Part shown: piece after piece, positions 37,661-51,795 of the stretch
Position numbering within the stretch: the first letter of the stretch is position 1
Layout of the letters: each line of letters begins with the position of its first letter
DNA from: Paecilomyces variotii
Taxonomy: Eukaryota
DNA: 64,000 nucleotides
Assembly: GCA_004022145.1 (NCBI GenBank)
Contig: RCNU01000006.1
Direction: 5' to 3' (one strand)
The notes under the pieces: model-generated
What the model saw: the letters and a program-made list of their open reading frames with translations, nothing else
What the model was told of the DNA's origin: nothing
The model's database searches: none
Made by a program: the position numbers and the translations under genes

Positions 37661-38923
37661 TCACTTCTTCAGAATAGCCTCGTACAGGCTGCCGATACCG
37701 CCAATGGCCGTGCCGGTGAGGACGCCAGCCCACTGTCCGGGAATCGATACATTCACTTTCTCAATGGAGAAGTTGCTGTAGATGTCCCAGAAAGTGAAGT
37801 GGTTCGCGTACACCAGGTACGAGATCAGAGCTTTGGCAATGTTGTAGACAAGAGGGTCGAAGCTGGCCTTGTCCTGGCTCGAAGAGGCTGTGCGCCGCGT
37901 GCCATACGAGTGGCTGGCGGCAGGTTGGCTGGCCTTGAGGCTCAAGTTGAAGAAGTACGCAAAGGTCAGAGGGAGGAACAGGCTCGTGGTCAGCCACAGG
38001 GAGAAAGGCGCCCAGAAGGAGCCAGTGAGCAAGACGAACAGATCGGGAACCTTGACGGCAAACTCTGGGGTGCGGATCGCATCGACAGCAGCGACGGTGG
38101 TCAGGAACTTCAGGGGCACGAGCTCCTTCACGAGGCTGAATCCTTCGAGGGCGATGATGATAGCCTCAATGGACTTGACGCTGCTCAGCGCCGAGCGGAG
38201 AGAATCCGTGTGCTCGGTCAGGCGAGAGGCAGCCCACGCATCCGACACCTTCTTGCGCGCAAGAGCCGTCTGGCGATCAATTGCCTCCGTCACGACCGCC
38301 GGCGACGGGGGCAGCGAAGCAGTGAACGACAGCGGCGACCGGGCCGGAGTGCGAGTGGTAACCGGAACAGGACTCTTGATCACGCTGCCCGAGTCGGATT
38401 CATCACTAAACAGCGGTCAATAAACTAATAATCAACTAAAGCAATCCTTGTTGCATCGCGTCACGTCTGAAATCCAGAGACGCGCGCGCGCGCACACACA
38501 CACAGAGGATTCAAGAAAACAAAAAAACGTACGTAACGTCCGACTCTTCCTTCGCCTTGGTCGTTCTCCGGCGCGCAGACTTCTTGATGTCGTCACCAGA
38601 GGCGATCGCATCAGTCTTGGGCTCTTTCTTGACAGGCGACGAGAGACGCGACGGCTGAGACAGTCGTCGGTAGTAATCCGCGAAGCGCTTGTCGCCGGAG
38701 AAGATGTCTTTATTCGAACTGAGATGCTCATCGAGCGCGGTCTCAAGTTCTGCTTTCAAAATGCCCGCCTCACTGAATCCGAACGAAAAAAGAAAAAGCA
38801 TTAGTGATCCAGAGGCCGACATTCACTGCGCGCGACAACGTACCGCTTCAGATCAGAGACATCGGCAAGATTCAACAAGTCACCTTTGCGGAGACTCTTG
38901 AGGTAGGGAAGTCCGGCAGACAT
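37661..38923 (-). CDS. Conserved fungal membrane protein, GTT3/YEL017W-like, 3 exons
   Basis: N-terminal LKSLRKGDLLNLA..KAELETALDEHL; C-terminal hydrophobic region VPDLFVLLTGSFWAPF..FDPLVYNIAKALISYLVY..SLYEAILKK*. Family assigned from memory. Confidence 0.75.
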
Positions 38924-39448
38924 GATGGGCGATTAATATATGGGCCGAGATCGCGTGGACCATGCGACAGCAACGATATATAGAGCGACAGAACGCGATG
39001 TATAGAAGTGCGCCGCGGGGCGAGAGATGTTCAGGACGATTCGTGATGGAGTTGGGATAGTTTAACTGGGGGGTTTGGAGGAGAAGCTCGTGGGGCGGCA
39101 GATCAGGTGTTGTTTACATCCGTTGGACTAGCGTGTTTTTCGCCGCGCCAACGTCAACATGCCGATCATATTTATATCTAGAGTATACATTATTGGAAGA
39201 AGCGATGATCGATCTATTCGAGCCTATCGTACAGCGTGTCCAGCTCTATCAACACATACAGCACAAAATCTATCAACGGACACCAGTCCAACATGCGTGC
39301 AGATACAGAAAAATGCCAAATGACGACCGTGAAACGCCCAACATGCCGCCCGCTCATCCCATGCTTCTATCCAAGTCTGCCTCTGGGTACAGAGCATTCG
39401 TCCGGCCGCATTCGAGCTGGAAGGGAAAAAAAGAACGATTCTAGTAAA

Positions 39449-40951
39449 TCATAATGGTCGCAGATCATCCACTGTCTGCCACGAATCCATCTGTTTCAGG
39501 AGGAACTGATACAGCACCAGCATCGTTCCACTCTGGACGCTGGTCCATAAACCTCGTGGACCCACGCCACGGAACCATCCGACGATTCCTTCTGTCCTGT
39601 AGATGATCTTCAGACCCGTGAAGAAGGACGAAGTGTCGAGGACGGTAGCACCAGGCCGGGACATTGACGGCGTCGAAGTACAGATGGGACGTGCGTGCGT
39701 CCGCGTACTCGTAGCTGATGGTTGAGTGGACTGATGCCGCGACCCATCGCTCTTCACGGATTTCTCAGTGGACCGAGCTTCCGATCCCGAGCTGCTGGGA
39801 TTCAATTGCGTCTGGATTCTGGTCTTGACGACGTCCATCGGGCAAGTCATGACTCCCGCCATACCACCAGCCGTCGTGGCAGTCAAAATCTCCAGCCCGA
39901 GGCTAAGATCCTTAGTGCCCGCCCATTCCTGGGCCAGTTCTCGTTCCTGCTCATAAAAGGCGAACTGCAGCGCAGAAAACGGCAGGTCTCTGAAAATGGT
40001 CGCCTTGTATCCGTAGAACAGTGCTGAGAAACCTTCCTGGCGAACAATTGTCCGCAATGCGTCTCTAGTCGATCTATAATTATAGCCGGAAGTGAAATAA
40101 GGGTTATTATATCGTCCCTGGAGCTGCAACCGGGTCTTTAGCACCTCCGAAGGGACATATACGATCGAGGCAGCCAGATCCGCAAGGAAACCTGTAGAGT
40201 GATTAGAATCAACCCCTCAACGCAATTATACACACACACGCAAAGACAATCCCACTCACCTCCAGTCAGATATGTCACACTAGGATTGATCCCTGCATCG
40301 AGCATATGCCTCTTGCTGAACTCATACACTCCAAAGAAGATGAGAGTACCCGGAAACGAGCCAAAGAATGCCGGAGTAACACCACTGTACAGCCCACGAA
40401 TCCCCTCTTCCCTCAAGATGGTCATATACGACGAGGACATGGAGGTGTATTTGGGCGGGAAATGCGGATCGGCCTGCTGCCGGGTCTTCACCGTGTCTAG
40501 AGTGTGCATCAGCATGTCCCCGGTCGTTCCGCCAATGCCACCGGCAAGCATAGACTGTAATTGAGAAATCATTCCGCCGGTCAGCCCACAAAACTCTGTC
40601 AGGTCGTCTACGCTCTTCACCCACCGTCCCCCAAGATTAATTGGGATGCCGGCCGGGGCTTGGATAGCAAAGACGGGACGAACATTGCATGTCCGACGAG
40701 AGGCGCCAAAACGCCGCGCGCGAAAGAGAGGAATTTCATAGACATACATGTAGATACGGCGACCGGTACTCTTCATCTCCTATCTGCGGCTCCCTTGGTC
40801 GAACGGCGCCATCCTCCCGTACGCCATTTGGTACGCTGCCTGCGCCGGCCGTCACCGCCGCCGAATCATTCCGCCCGCCGGTATGTGAAGGAGAGGAGAT
40901 CGATGAGCCCGCCGAGGTGAAGAAGTTATACACCCGCGAAGACAGGCTCAT
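39449..40951 (-). CDS. Mitochondrial carrier family protein (MME1/YMR166C-like), 3 exons
   Basis: Three carrier repeats: MHTLDTVKTRQQ, VPSEVLKTRLQLQG, CPMDVVKTRIQ. Confidence 0.92.
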
Positions 40952-41910
40952 AGCAAAAGCGCCGCGGCCCGTATCACGGCGCGGACCAGGCCACGAGCGG
41001 AGGTGCGGATATGAGGTGCGGCGAGATTATGAGGCAGCGTTGCCACCCACGGACACGCTGCGACGAAGAGGGAACGAAGGGAGAGAAATCTTCTAAGGAG
41101 AGGAAGGAGATGCAATGAAACGCATTATACACTGCTGGAGCCCAGCTGAGAGATCGCCAATGGGTCTATCGCTGCTCGACGAGCGTTCGTGATCGAGTTT
41201 CACGTCCAAAATTTTGGCTCGGGCTCGGCCTCGGGGCTGCCGTTTCTCCGCCACCCGCTCCGGTTGAGGGTTCATGGTAGTTGTCAATTGGACGGTTTAA
41301 TTAACAAACTACGATGTTAGATAGACTATATGATCCATGAGAGAAAAAGGATAGCTCTCGGCGACTTCATTAATGGAAACTTGAACGCCAATTGAAAGTC
41401 TGGCGGCTCGTCTCAGTACTTCTAACTTACGTTATCGCAACCAAAAAGGTACAGAGTAGAATGCACGCCGATAGAGACGAAACTCGGATATAAGGAAACA
41501 ACGGAATAGAAGCGGCGCCGTAGGAGAAAGACCAATTCCAATACGAAAACTAGGGAAAAAAGAACTATAGGGAGGAATTGCGTGCTGACGTGGCTCATAA
41601 CCATGACCATCGTTGACGGAGCTCACGCTGAAATCAAAAGAGGCCATCCGCTGGCAAAGTATTACAAGAAGAATCTCAGAAACTCCGAAGACCAATTCCA
41701 CAGCAGACAGGCGATTGGCCCGATATACCTGTGTGTGGCGTCTCTTTGATCTCCCCTTAACACTTCCCACTTTTGCATGGGATGTTCGCGCAAGCGATTC
41801 GTCCGTTTTCGTAACTGTGGGTTGGAAAGTGAAGCTGGCTGTGGCCCCCGTTCAGGACTCCAGTTGATTGACTGCAGCCACCAGTTCACTTCCAACCGCT
41901 CGATGCTGCT

Positions 41911-43067
41911 CTACTGAGGCTTCTTGACAGGAGTGCCCCCGTACACCCCAGTGTAGCGCTTCACATCCGTGGCGTCATAGGCCTGACGGACAATACCCTT
42001 GAAGGTCTCCCATCCCTGGCGAACAGGCGGGGGCGTGCTCTGGTGGGAGAGAGCAGTGTCGATGCGCGCGGTGAGGTGCGACACGGCGTTCTGAACAAAG
42101 CTGCTCTGGGCGTGTCGAGCACGGAAGAAGGTGATGTAGATGAGCAGGAGGACCCAGCTGCCCTTGGAGAAAGTGAGAGCGGACAGGACGAGACGGAGGA
42201 GGAGAGCGATCTCGAGGGCGGCCACCAGACCCATGCTGGCATCGTAGTACTTCTTCACGAATTTGCCAATGTTGTCGGCCAGCGGGGACGGCTTGCCAGC
42301 CGGCGGCTTGGGGGAAGAGGGAGAGACGGGGGTAGCACCGTTGGCAGCCTGGGTCTGGGGCTGCAGGGTCGGGATGAGATAGGTCCTGGTGTAGGTCGCA
42401 ACGTGGAAAACCGAATACACGCTGAATGGCAGGAGCGCCAGAGGGACCTGGCGGGAGTAGAGCCAGACAAGGGCCATTGCTGATATCGCGTGAGCAGGGA
42501 TTCTTGTGGCCGGCCGAGACAGTTGCACCTACCGAGATACTGGACATTCTCATCACCCGCGAGCTTCAACGCAATGCTGGGGGCACTGCCTTGCAGACGT
42601 CCACGCGCGATATACTGCTTGTACACGACGATTCCGTAGGTCAGAGCAGCGGCAAGGAAGGCCGTACGGTAGGAGAACCTGGCCCAGCGGGAGTAGTAGT
42701 TGAAGGTGATGTAGGAGAGGAAGTAGCGCAGCACGGAGAGGAGCAGGGTCATGTGGCTATCGAGTTTGTCAGTTTGTCTGTTACGGATCTCTCATCTGCC
42801 ATTGAAGCCCAGAAGAGCCGAATGATGCGATTCTTGCGCGTGCCCGCACGATCTGACCCCTCAGGCGGCCCGAAGGAGCTATGACGGTGAAGAACGACGC
42901 TGGAGAGCACGTACCCTACGAACCACGCGAACCTGCGCAGAAATAGTCCGTCAGCACCAGCGAAAATCTTCTACAATGGCCGCGAAGGGAGCAACATACT
43001 GCAGCGTCTGAGCCAGCGCCTTGAGCCTCTCAGGCAGAGGCAGCGTCGCGGGAGGAGGAGGAGCCAT
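41911..43067 (-). CDS. pom33: Nuclear pore/ER membrane protein Pom33 (TMEM33 family), with an 18-nt micro-exon at 42915-42932
   Basis: LAQTLQ|FAWFVG|HMTLL..ALTYGIVVYK..DENVQYL|AMALVWL..LLPFSVYSVFHVATY. Confidence 0.93.
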
Positions 43068-44241
43068 GGCCGCCAGTGAGATGAGGTGAGGTGAGGTAGA
43101 CTGGTTTAGGCAGCGGGAAGGTGATGGGAAAGATAACCAGGCAGAAGCGACTACACGACGGAGGACAGGAGGAGGGAACAATGTCACAGCTAACGACAAT
43201 CGGAGCAGAATCCAGACAGACAAGAAAGAAGAGAAGTCGAGGGAGGCTGGAGTTTTGGTGGTGCTCGTGTGCGGCAGGAAAAGGGAAGGGAAGGTGGTTC
43301 TCGATAGTCTTTACGAGTAGGCGGTCGGGAGCTTCAACCATGCACGCTGATTGGCCCGATCGGCCATTTGCTCTCCGCCCTCAGCCGCAGTGACGTCTCC
43401 GGCGATGATGCAACCAGTTGGATTATCATTATTATTATCATTTTAACAAGTATTATTATTATTATTACCAGTATATGATTATTATATATTATAATGATTA
43501 TATTATATTATAACACCCATACACTGCATCATCCCATCATTCCATTACCAACAAACCCTTGACTGAGTATCTTACCTGCTTCACGTACATCCTTCCTTGC
43601 TGGAAAACTCGCCTCCCGGATCTGGGTCAACTAACTACCTATCCACTTCCCTCTTTCTTCCCCTCTGCCGTTCCGTGGCTTAACTACTGATGTATCCCAG
43701 GATCAGCCTTGCTTGCTGTCACAACTCACAGCAGTCGAAAATACAAACGACAAAATACTATGGTAGAGCACAAACCACCCTACTTGTAGTCTTGTACATA
43801 TCGTATAGCTGTGATGATTACCCCGGATTATCTATCATCTCATCTCATCTCACCACTCAGGAACAGAACGTGGAGAACCCACGCTAGGTAGATCTGAACT
43901 AGTTTATGGTAGTTACTTACCCAGTTGACTAAGTAGTTACTCGATCGATGCAACCAGAAAGTTCCTGGCCTGTGATGCAACCCCGCCTTTCGATATACCA
44001 GTAGATCCTACATGATGATCATCGTCACCATTGAACATTTATTTAAGAAGTAGCGTAATGCATGTAAGTAACTAGTGGATGTACTGTAGTTCCTGACTCT
44101 ATCATACAAAAATTCCAATCCTTTCCTTCCCTTTTCTTCCTTTTTCTCGAATGATTCAAATCCAGCAAGTACTGTAATAATAATCGAGAGATTTCCTACC
44201 AATTTGTTCGATTCTCCGTATCTACAGAGAAGCCCACTTAG

Positions 44242-45012
44242 TTATCCAGCAGAACACTTCCTCGCCTTCTCCACCGAAATATCCAACGCATAAGGCTTCC
44301 TTTTTCGATACCCACTCCGATCCTCATCAGGACCCATCATCAACAAATCATACAATTCCAGATTCGCCTTCCTCTCGCAGTTCCCGCACGGTCTATGACG
44401 GAGCACAAAGTAGCGCACTTTTCCCTGGCTGCGAAGGAGGTTGAAATCGAGCTTCCACCCGGCTTTGATCCGGTGCCATTGTTCGAGATCCGCTTCGGTA
44501 GCTGGGTTGTAGACCTGGCGGGAGTAGGGCTTGTATGTGTACCAGCAGGGTGGCATGTGGAGGTGTGTTGTGGTTTCTTCCTTTTCTTCGTCGTTGGTAT
44601 TGGTGGTGTTATTAACGTCTTTGACGTTGACGTTGATATCTCCATCCCCATCTTCAGCAAGAACCTTCTCATCAAACCGAAAAGCACAATGTATCCTGGC
44701 CCTAAAAAACCAATCTTTCGTATGTCCACACTTCAACTTCAACCTCTTCATAATCTCCCCAAGGCCATTGCGTCGCAGGCTCAGTTTCTGTTTACAATCG
44801 ATGCATACCCCCGGTATATCAACCTGTCCATATGTCCATCTCTCCTCGTCGCAGCACCGACTGGGGATCCGGCCCGGTTCGGCATCGAAGAGGTCCGGGT
44901 TGGGAAACGGGATGCCGTTCGGGGCGAAGCACCATTCGGGTTTGTATTTGAACCCGACGTTGAGGATGCAGCCACATTGCGTGTAATGTTCGTAGAGGAC
45001 GAGGTGGCACAT
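44242..45012 (-). CDS. Intronless Cys/His-rich orphan protein (256 aa), possible tandem zinc-binding modules
   Basis: Open ATG-initiated frame preceded by AAA; patterns MCH..CGC..C..CC..CIDC and CGH..HC..C..CGNC. Confidence 0.6.
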   Translation of the reverse strand: MCHLVLYEHYTQCGCILNVGFKYKPEWCFAPNGIPFPNPDLFDAEPGRIPSRCCDEERWTYGQVDIPGVCIDCKQKLSLRRNGLGEIMKRLKLKCGHTKDWFFRARIHCAFRFDEKVLAEDGDGDINVNVKDVNNTTNTNDEEKEETTTHLHMPPCWYTYKPYSRQVYNPATEADLEQWHRIKAGWKLDFNLLRSQGKVRYFVLRHRPCGNCERKANLELYDLLMMGPDEDRSGYRKRKPYALDISVEKARKCSAG

Positions 45013-46632
45013 TTTGGATTAGATTCTGGAAATCAGTAAGGAAGGATTCTTAGAAGGAAAACAGATATATATACATACTACCAGAAAGGCAGTTCGAATG
45101 ATATTCGTACCTTCTTCTTCTTCTGCAGAGGAGTTTGTTCTTTTGTATCCAAGCTGAGCTAGATTCACATCGAGATACAGATGGTATCCTCCCTCTCCTC
45201 CAAGTCTTATTCAAGAGTTAAGACACGAGAAAAATGAGATCAAGTTAAACCAAGCACGACGAGCGATAGAGACCTTCAATTCAAAGTCTGCGTCGATTGA
45301 TCAAACCCGGCCCAAGACCAAGATCACACAGTACGTAGGAAAAGTGAGTGTTAGGACTGAGTATCAGAGCAGAGAAGAGAGGAGAGGAGAAGAGAAGAGA
45401 AGAAAAGAAAGTAAACAACCATAGACCCAAATCACTCACTTCACTTGACCCTCACGCGCCCACGCGCGTCGCCCAACAAGACGAAAAGAAATGGGAGGGC
45501 CCCCCTCTCATCGTAATCATATCAACCATCTCCTCGACTTCATTCTTGGATAATTGTCTACAGAAATACCCCTTGGCACTTGACCTGTATCTTGGTAGGA
45601 TAAATCATTTCATTTGACACGAGCAACGAGAATGGGAGGAGTCCGTAGATCTTCCTAGATTCCGCAGTTCCTTCGATCGGTACTTGATATCAATAGCTGA
45701 GACGGATTTTTCTAACTGCATAGTAAACTAACAAGCCACGTTGAAGACACGGTCTGATAGTTGCAATGTCGGCTATCAGGGCTCTGGTCTCTGGTCAAGA
45801 CAGTACTGACATGTCGGTCTGTTACTCCACTACTGGAAAACAAATCAATAAAACAAACCTACTAACACACATAACTGCATGTCGAACTCAACCTCATCAT
45901 TATTTCAATCACAAACCTAGATACATATCTACCTCCAAGGACTGCTGGCAGGCAGACACTGGCCAAGGCGAGTGCGACGCAGGATGGAGCTCAAACCACA
46001 AAAAGCGACAGAAACAAGGAAAATCGCGAAAGATGGTCGGAGGGGGATGTGTTCAATAAAAGGATGTAGGGGGTGAAAAAAAAAAAAGAAGACACAACTG
46101 GAAAGGGAGAACGAGGCGAGACAGAGGTATAACATAGGCAAAAAGTACATGACAAGAAGCAAAAAGGCGGGCTTGGGCAACTCAAAGCTGGATCAATTTG
46201 CCGTTCTGCACCCGTGTATCATCTCCTTGCAATCGAAAAGATTCCATCCGCCGCAAAGCATACAGAGCGTCTCTGATGACCCCTGGCGCAAACCTCCTAA
46301 GTTTCGGCCCCAAATCGGTATTAGTTTGGATAGGATTAAAATCCCTGTCCGCCCCCTTTTTTTTGTTCTTCTTCTTGGGCTCGGTTTGGCGCCCCGGTAA
46401 AATAAAAAGTCGTTACCAGAAAGAGATATTGGTAAAATGAGAGGTCAAAGAGTGTGAGGTAACAGAGAATCGGACACGTAAAGGGAAAATGGAAAGTGTT
46501 CAAAAGGAGCGCTCGATCAGTGGGCAGACGCCAAGAATGGAGACACAAGAATCAACTGACAATCGATGCCGCAAGTGATCCCCTGCCAGTCCGCGGCTGG
46601 CTTGGACCGTCTCCGATTCAAGTCATGCGGAT

Positions 46633-48510
46633 TTAACGAAGAGAGAAACCCTTTCTCTTGCCCTTTTCCTCGAGAGGTCTTCCACTCTCGATACGGGCCT
46701 TCTTCTCTTCTAGTTCCTGGCGTTGTCGTTCGAGCTGGTCCTTCATCTCGCGATGCCGCGCGTATAGTTCGTCCTCGCTCTGTTTCAGTTTGCTTTCCTT
46801 CTCCTGGACCTTCTGTTGGAAGACCATCTTCATTTCGGCCTCCATCTTGGCCAGCTTCTGCTCGTGCAGCGTGCGCTCCTCCTCCTGCTTGACGGCCGGG
46901 TTGACCTCCTTGAAGACGCTCGGGTCCTGGGCGACACCCATCTGGGTGAGCTTGTCGGAACGGTAGTTCTCGTACAGGACGTTGTTGGTGTGCTCCTTGA
47001 GCTCTTCCATGTGGGTGCGGATCAGCATCTGGCGCAGCTTGACGAAGTCGCAGTGCTCCTCGTTGTCCACCTCGATGATACCCCAGGGGTAACGACGACC
47101 GCGGACCTTGCGGCCCTCAGGAGTAGTGACCTCTGCGTTGGCACCAACGACAGCAAAGGGGACCTTGGACATAATTTCCTGGTTCTCAGCAATCGTTTCT
47201 TCGTCGTCGAGCTCATAACGGGGACCTTCAAAGATCTGGATAGAGTGGTGGTTGATATCGGCAAGGATCTATATTCATGTTAGCAAGCGCCCCATTCAAA
47301 CCTCCGAAACAACCAGTGAACGTACTCTCTGCTTGAAAAGGGCAATCTCCTCGTCGGTCAGAGTATCGGACTTGGCAATGACCGGAATCAGGTTGACCTT
47401 GGTGTGCAGGCGGCGCATCACCTCGATATCGAGAGGCTTTAGCGAGTGACCGGTGGGCTGGATGAAGTAGACACATGCGTGCACACGGTTGTCAACAATG
47501 TTCATACGGTTGACTCTGTTCTCAGCCTCGAGGTACGCATCGAAGCGCTGCTCAATGTTCTCGACAATGGGGCGCCACGAGTCATCGTTGTTGACGAAGT
47601 CTCCGAATCCGGGGGTATCGACAACGGTCAGACGGAGGCGAACGCCGTTCTCCTCGATATCAGCGCTGATCGACTGGATCGAGACGGTCTTGGGGACAAT
47701 GTCGTGGCTAGGTCCCGCACGTTCCTTCGGTGGGTAGAGCGATGTGTTGAAGAGGGTGTTAACTAGAGTAGACTTTCCCAGTCCAGACTCACCTATCCAT
47801 TGTTATGAGTAGCCGCATAAAACAAAGGCAATTGATGTATATAGATCACTCACCAACAACCATCACATTGAAGTTGAAACCCTTACGGACACTCTTACGG
47901 TGCCACTGGTTGGGTAGGTTGGCAAAGCCGACGTAGCCGGTCAGCTTTCTGCGGACGACGTTTCGCATATCGGTAGCAGCCTGAGCAACAGCCTTGGGGT
48001 CCTTGGAGCTGACGGTCTGCGCGCTCCCTGATCCCATTGGGTTGCTGCGCTCAACAAAGGGAGAGGTGGGCTTCGCACTGCTGCCGGTGCTAGGGACGGG
48101 GGAAGCCCGAGTGGGCGCGACGGGAGGAGCGCCGTTGGGGGCAGGGGGGGCGGCTGCGTCGAAGAAGTCAGCATGTTGCTCAAAATGTCTTCTTTCCTCG
48201 CTGTCGGGCGGTCTCTGTCCCACGGTAGCCGTGTAGGAGGATGGGCTGTCGAGTCGAGGCACTCTGGAGCGGGACACGGGACGACTATGGTTCCCAAAGT
48301 CTGCAGTCCGTTGAACGTCCACGATGCGATACTTGGGCCGGGCCATCATCATCCTCTTTCTCTTTTTTTCCCCGAAAACACGGTTGCACCACGCGCTAGA
48401 GTTGTCGAATCTACCACAAGTGTAGTGCCCGACGACAAGAGGGGCCAGAGAGACGATGGACGAGCGATTGGAAGTGTAGAGAATAGAAACAGCGGACAGA
48501 GCTTACCCAT
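46633..48510 (-). CDS. aspB: Septin Cdc3/AspB; 4-nt first coding exon (ATGG)
   Basis: [56 protein letters not shown] and a coiled-coil tail; intron 1 at 48154-48506. Confidence 0.96.
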
Positions 48511-51500
48511 CTTGGAGGCGGTTCAACGTATGCTTTTCTAACGAGCGGAGGAGGAAGGAGAGAGTCGGGCAGTCGTGGTGGACGTGGAATGAATTTCCCC
48601 TGTTTGGCGTTGCACCTGCCGTGTCAGTCACTGGTGTTTCTCCTCTGGACTGTCAAGTACAAGCAATCTCCCGCAAATCAGAGGGGGAATGAAAAGATTC
48701 GATGAGATCAACCATGCGTATGGACGGATTTCTCGCAGACGCCAAAACGTAGTGGTAGACGTGTTGTTGCGAGGCGGAAACTCAAGAGACCAGATTGGAT
48801 TTCGCGTACCTTTCGGAGTTGTCCTGAACCCAAGGGTAAAAAAGGGTGAACGACAATTCAAACCGACCACGAGCAACGAACGAAGGCGACTGGACCGCGC
48901 GTCAAAAGAACAAAAAAACAATCTCAAGCACCGCTCGGGATGTGCGCGTGGCAGATTGACGGGACGGTGAAGGGTAAAGGGAACGAGAGAAGGAGAACAG
49001 GGGCAGTCTGGACGACGGGTTGAGGAACGACTAGAGCAGTACGGCCGCTGCGGAGGGAGAGAGTAGTGGGTGGAGGAGAAGAGAGGATCGGGGACGAAGG
49101 TGTGCTTGGGGATCCTTGGGTCCGCCCGGCTTTGGCTTTAGCTTTTGCTGCTTAGTCGAGGCTAGACTAGCTATCTAGACTGGAAGAGCAAACGAGTCTG
49201 GCTTGAGCTTTCAGGGTGAACGCGAGAGAGAGAGAGAGAAAGGGGCACTTTGGGACCGTTCGAGTTGGCGTGTGCTTTTTTGGGGGGGGAAGCAATGAGA
49301 CAGAGAGAGAGAGAGAGAGCCTCAGAAGGGAACCGAAGAGACCACGCTTGCACGGAGAACTAACTAACCAAGCGTCCCTCACCCTGGGACCGCAAGGAGA
49401 TTAACTGGCTCTGTTTACTCGTATCTAGTCTCGTGGATAGATGGATTATTCTGGCCTGTCAGTCTCTCACCTGCCAAACCAGACAGATACTAAAGGGAAG
49501 TCAGGGATGGGATACGATCGGATTATCCAACAGCTCGCTATCAAATGAGAATTGGACTGTGTGAACGGAGAGTATGGACAACCATCTCTTTTTCTCTTCT
49601 CCCCCGCCTGTGGAATGTACTTATGCGCAGCCAATCCACTGGCACGTCGGCACTGCCAATCGACCATGACCATGGCGATTTCATCCCTTCTGGCCCCTCT
49701 TCAAGCAATGTCAAAAGCTGGTTGTGTATTCTATTCTACTTGTTCTGCGCATGCTTTTCGGGGGTGAGAATAATAATACTACTCCGTCGACGAGACCAGC
49801 CAGAATCAATTAGTTACTCTAAATTACTCTAAATAAATCATGAATTACCAGCTAGAACCAAACCGGCTCTATCTACCATAATAATGATAGAGTCCGTCCT
49901 GACTTCGCTCCATCTCCATCTCAGGGGAAAAATAATCGCCAGGGGTAAACATCGCAGCAATTTGGGTCTGGATGGGCTTGCGGCCAATCGCGACCGTCAC
50001 GCCGCCGGACCTAAGCAGGATGGAGCCATGGCTCACGACGATCAACGTTCGACCGGCCGAACTGTGGAAAAATGTGGAAAATCATATGAAAACAGTTCAG
50101 CTAAACTAGACTAGACTGGTAACTGATTTAAGTTATTATGGTATTGTTCTTCTTCTTTGACTGGAAGAAAAGTCTTGTTAATTGGCTATTATCGCCTCAA
50201 CGGCGGGTTAGTTAACTATATCTTTCTTTCTTTCTTTCTGGCTCCATACATAATGACACATACAACACTGCGGTTATGCGTGTCAGACAAACAGCTGTGC
50301 ATGATCGTACAGATAGATCTGATACTCCCAAACACCCACCACCACCTGCCACCTGCGACATACTCCGTACAGTACTCTCTTCATCCTTTTTCCTCCCTCT
50401 CTCTCCCTCCCTCTTCCTGATAGAACGTATTGCCCAGTCCCATAAGACCAAGACACCCAAGCAGCAAGTTAAAAATCAAAAACGACTTCCCCATCTTGAA
50501 ACACGTCCCCGATGATGATCAACAAATATTTTTTAGAGCAAGCTCGTGAGCTGTGCTTTTCGGGAATGGCCCGTCCGTTCCCACGCCAGGAGGAATGTGG
50601 GCCGCACTGGGTAATTAGAGTCGAGGACGGAGTACAGTAGTATTTTTGGCAACCTTGGCTTTTTGCATGCCAGTGTCCAGACTCTAGACCCTTAGGGTAA
50701 CTAGAGCATTCACCCGTGGACTACTTACTGAATCTTCACGTAACAGTTAGACTACTAAATACTTTTACTTTCTTGAAATACCATGGTATAGTACGGAGTA
50801 CAATAGGCACCACCTACATCATACATGGGTAACATAAGTACCTAGGTACTCCGTATATATCTCCTATTTAGTTCAACCCTGTCCGCGACGGATGAATATT
50901 CGCAATATAGATATTCTCCCAGCTGATCTTCGCGTAAAGACTTCGGACGCGTTCTTCACCACCCGTAGTTAAAACACTACTTGTACTACTAACTAGAGTA
51001 CTCTAAATAGTTAAATGGTGTCATGGAGGAATAATCGCGAACCGGTGTTAGGTCACTAAGTAAAGAATTCGGGTTCCAGATCGCCCGAGTTAAGTATGTG
51101 GTGGAACCGGTTTCCCTTCCAATCCACTTCCACGTCCACTTGCCGGGCTGGTGCGCGCTCTGGCTACGTAAGGTGATTAAAATAACTACATACTGTACTC
51201 TATCTACTGTTGAGAGAGCACCTTCAGTAAAATTCCTGGGGGGAAAGATGTCGGTGACCATAACTATAAACTAACTGCTGTACTTACTGCGCTCATATAT
51301 ATTTTGGGATCTGGTCTCTTTAGGAGGAGCTGGGTGAATTGAATGGACCGGGAAACGGGGATTTCTAGCCAAATTCTTCATTCTTCTAATGGCATATTAC
51401 ATACAATCAAGTGGAATAGGCCTCGATCCTGCACGTGTCCACTTACTTGTCTTGAGCACAACTGTTTCCCCACAGTTCATGGGCTAGCCCAGGTTGGAAC

Positions 51501-51795
51501 GCTCGGGAAGAAGGAGAGTACTAATGATATCGACTAATAATAATTAGAATTTTTTGGAATCCAAACGGTCATAAGTTAATACAGCCAGATCAGTTTCGGT
51601 CCCTTGATAGTACAAAAATAGAAGGAAGAGCGAGAACATAAGGTATTGAGAACACCAGAACCAAGAAAAAAAAAGGACGCTATGTGCCATTCTCCCCTTC
51701 CCCAGAGTAGTCATGGCCCAGTTTTTATGCATGCATCACTGTCGCACTGCGCTCGCGCAGAGCATTTAAATCCACGTTCATCATTCCTCCTGGCT

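Noticed and set aside
49780..50860. Recurrent TACTCCGT/ACGGAGTA motifs upstream of the septin gene
   Set aside because: A short motif that, from memory, is common in Eurotiales intergenic DNA; no ordered array or boundaries.
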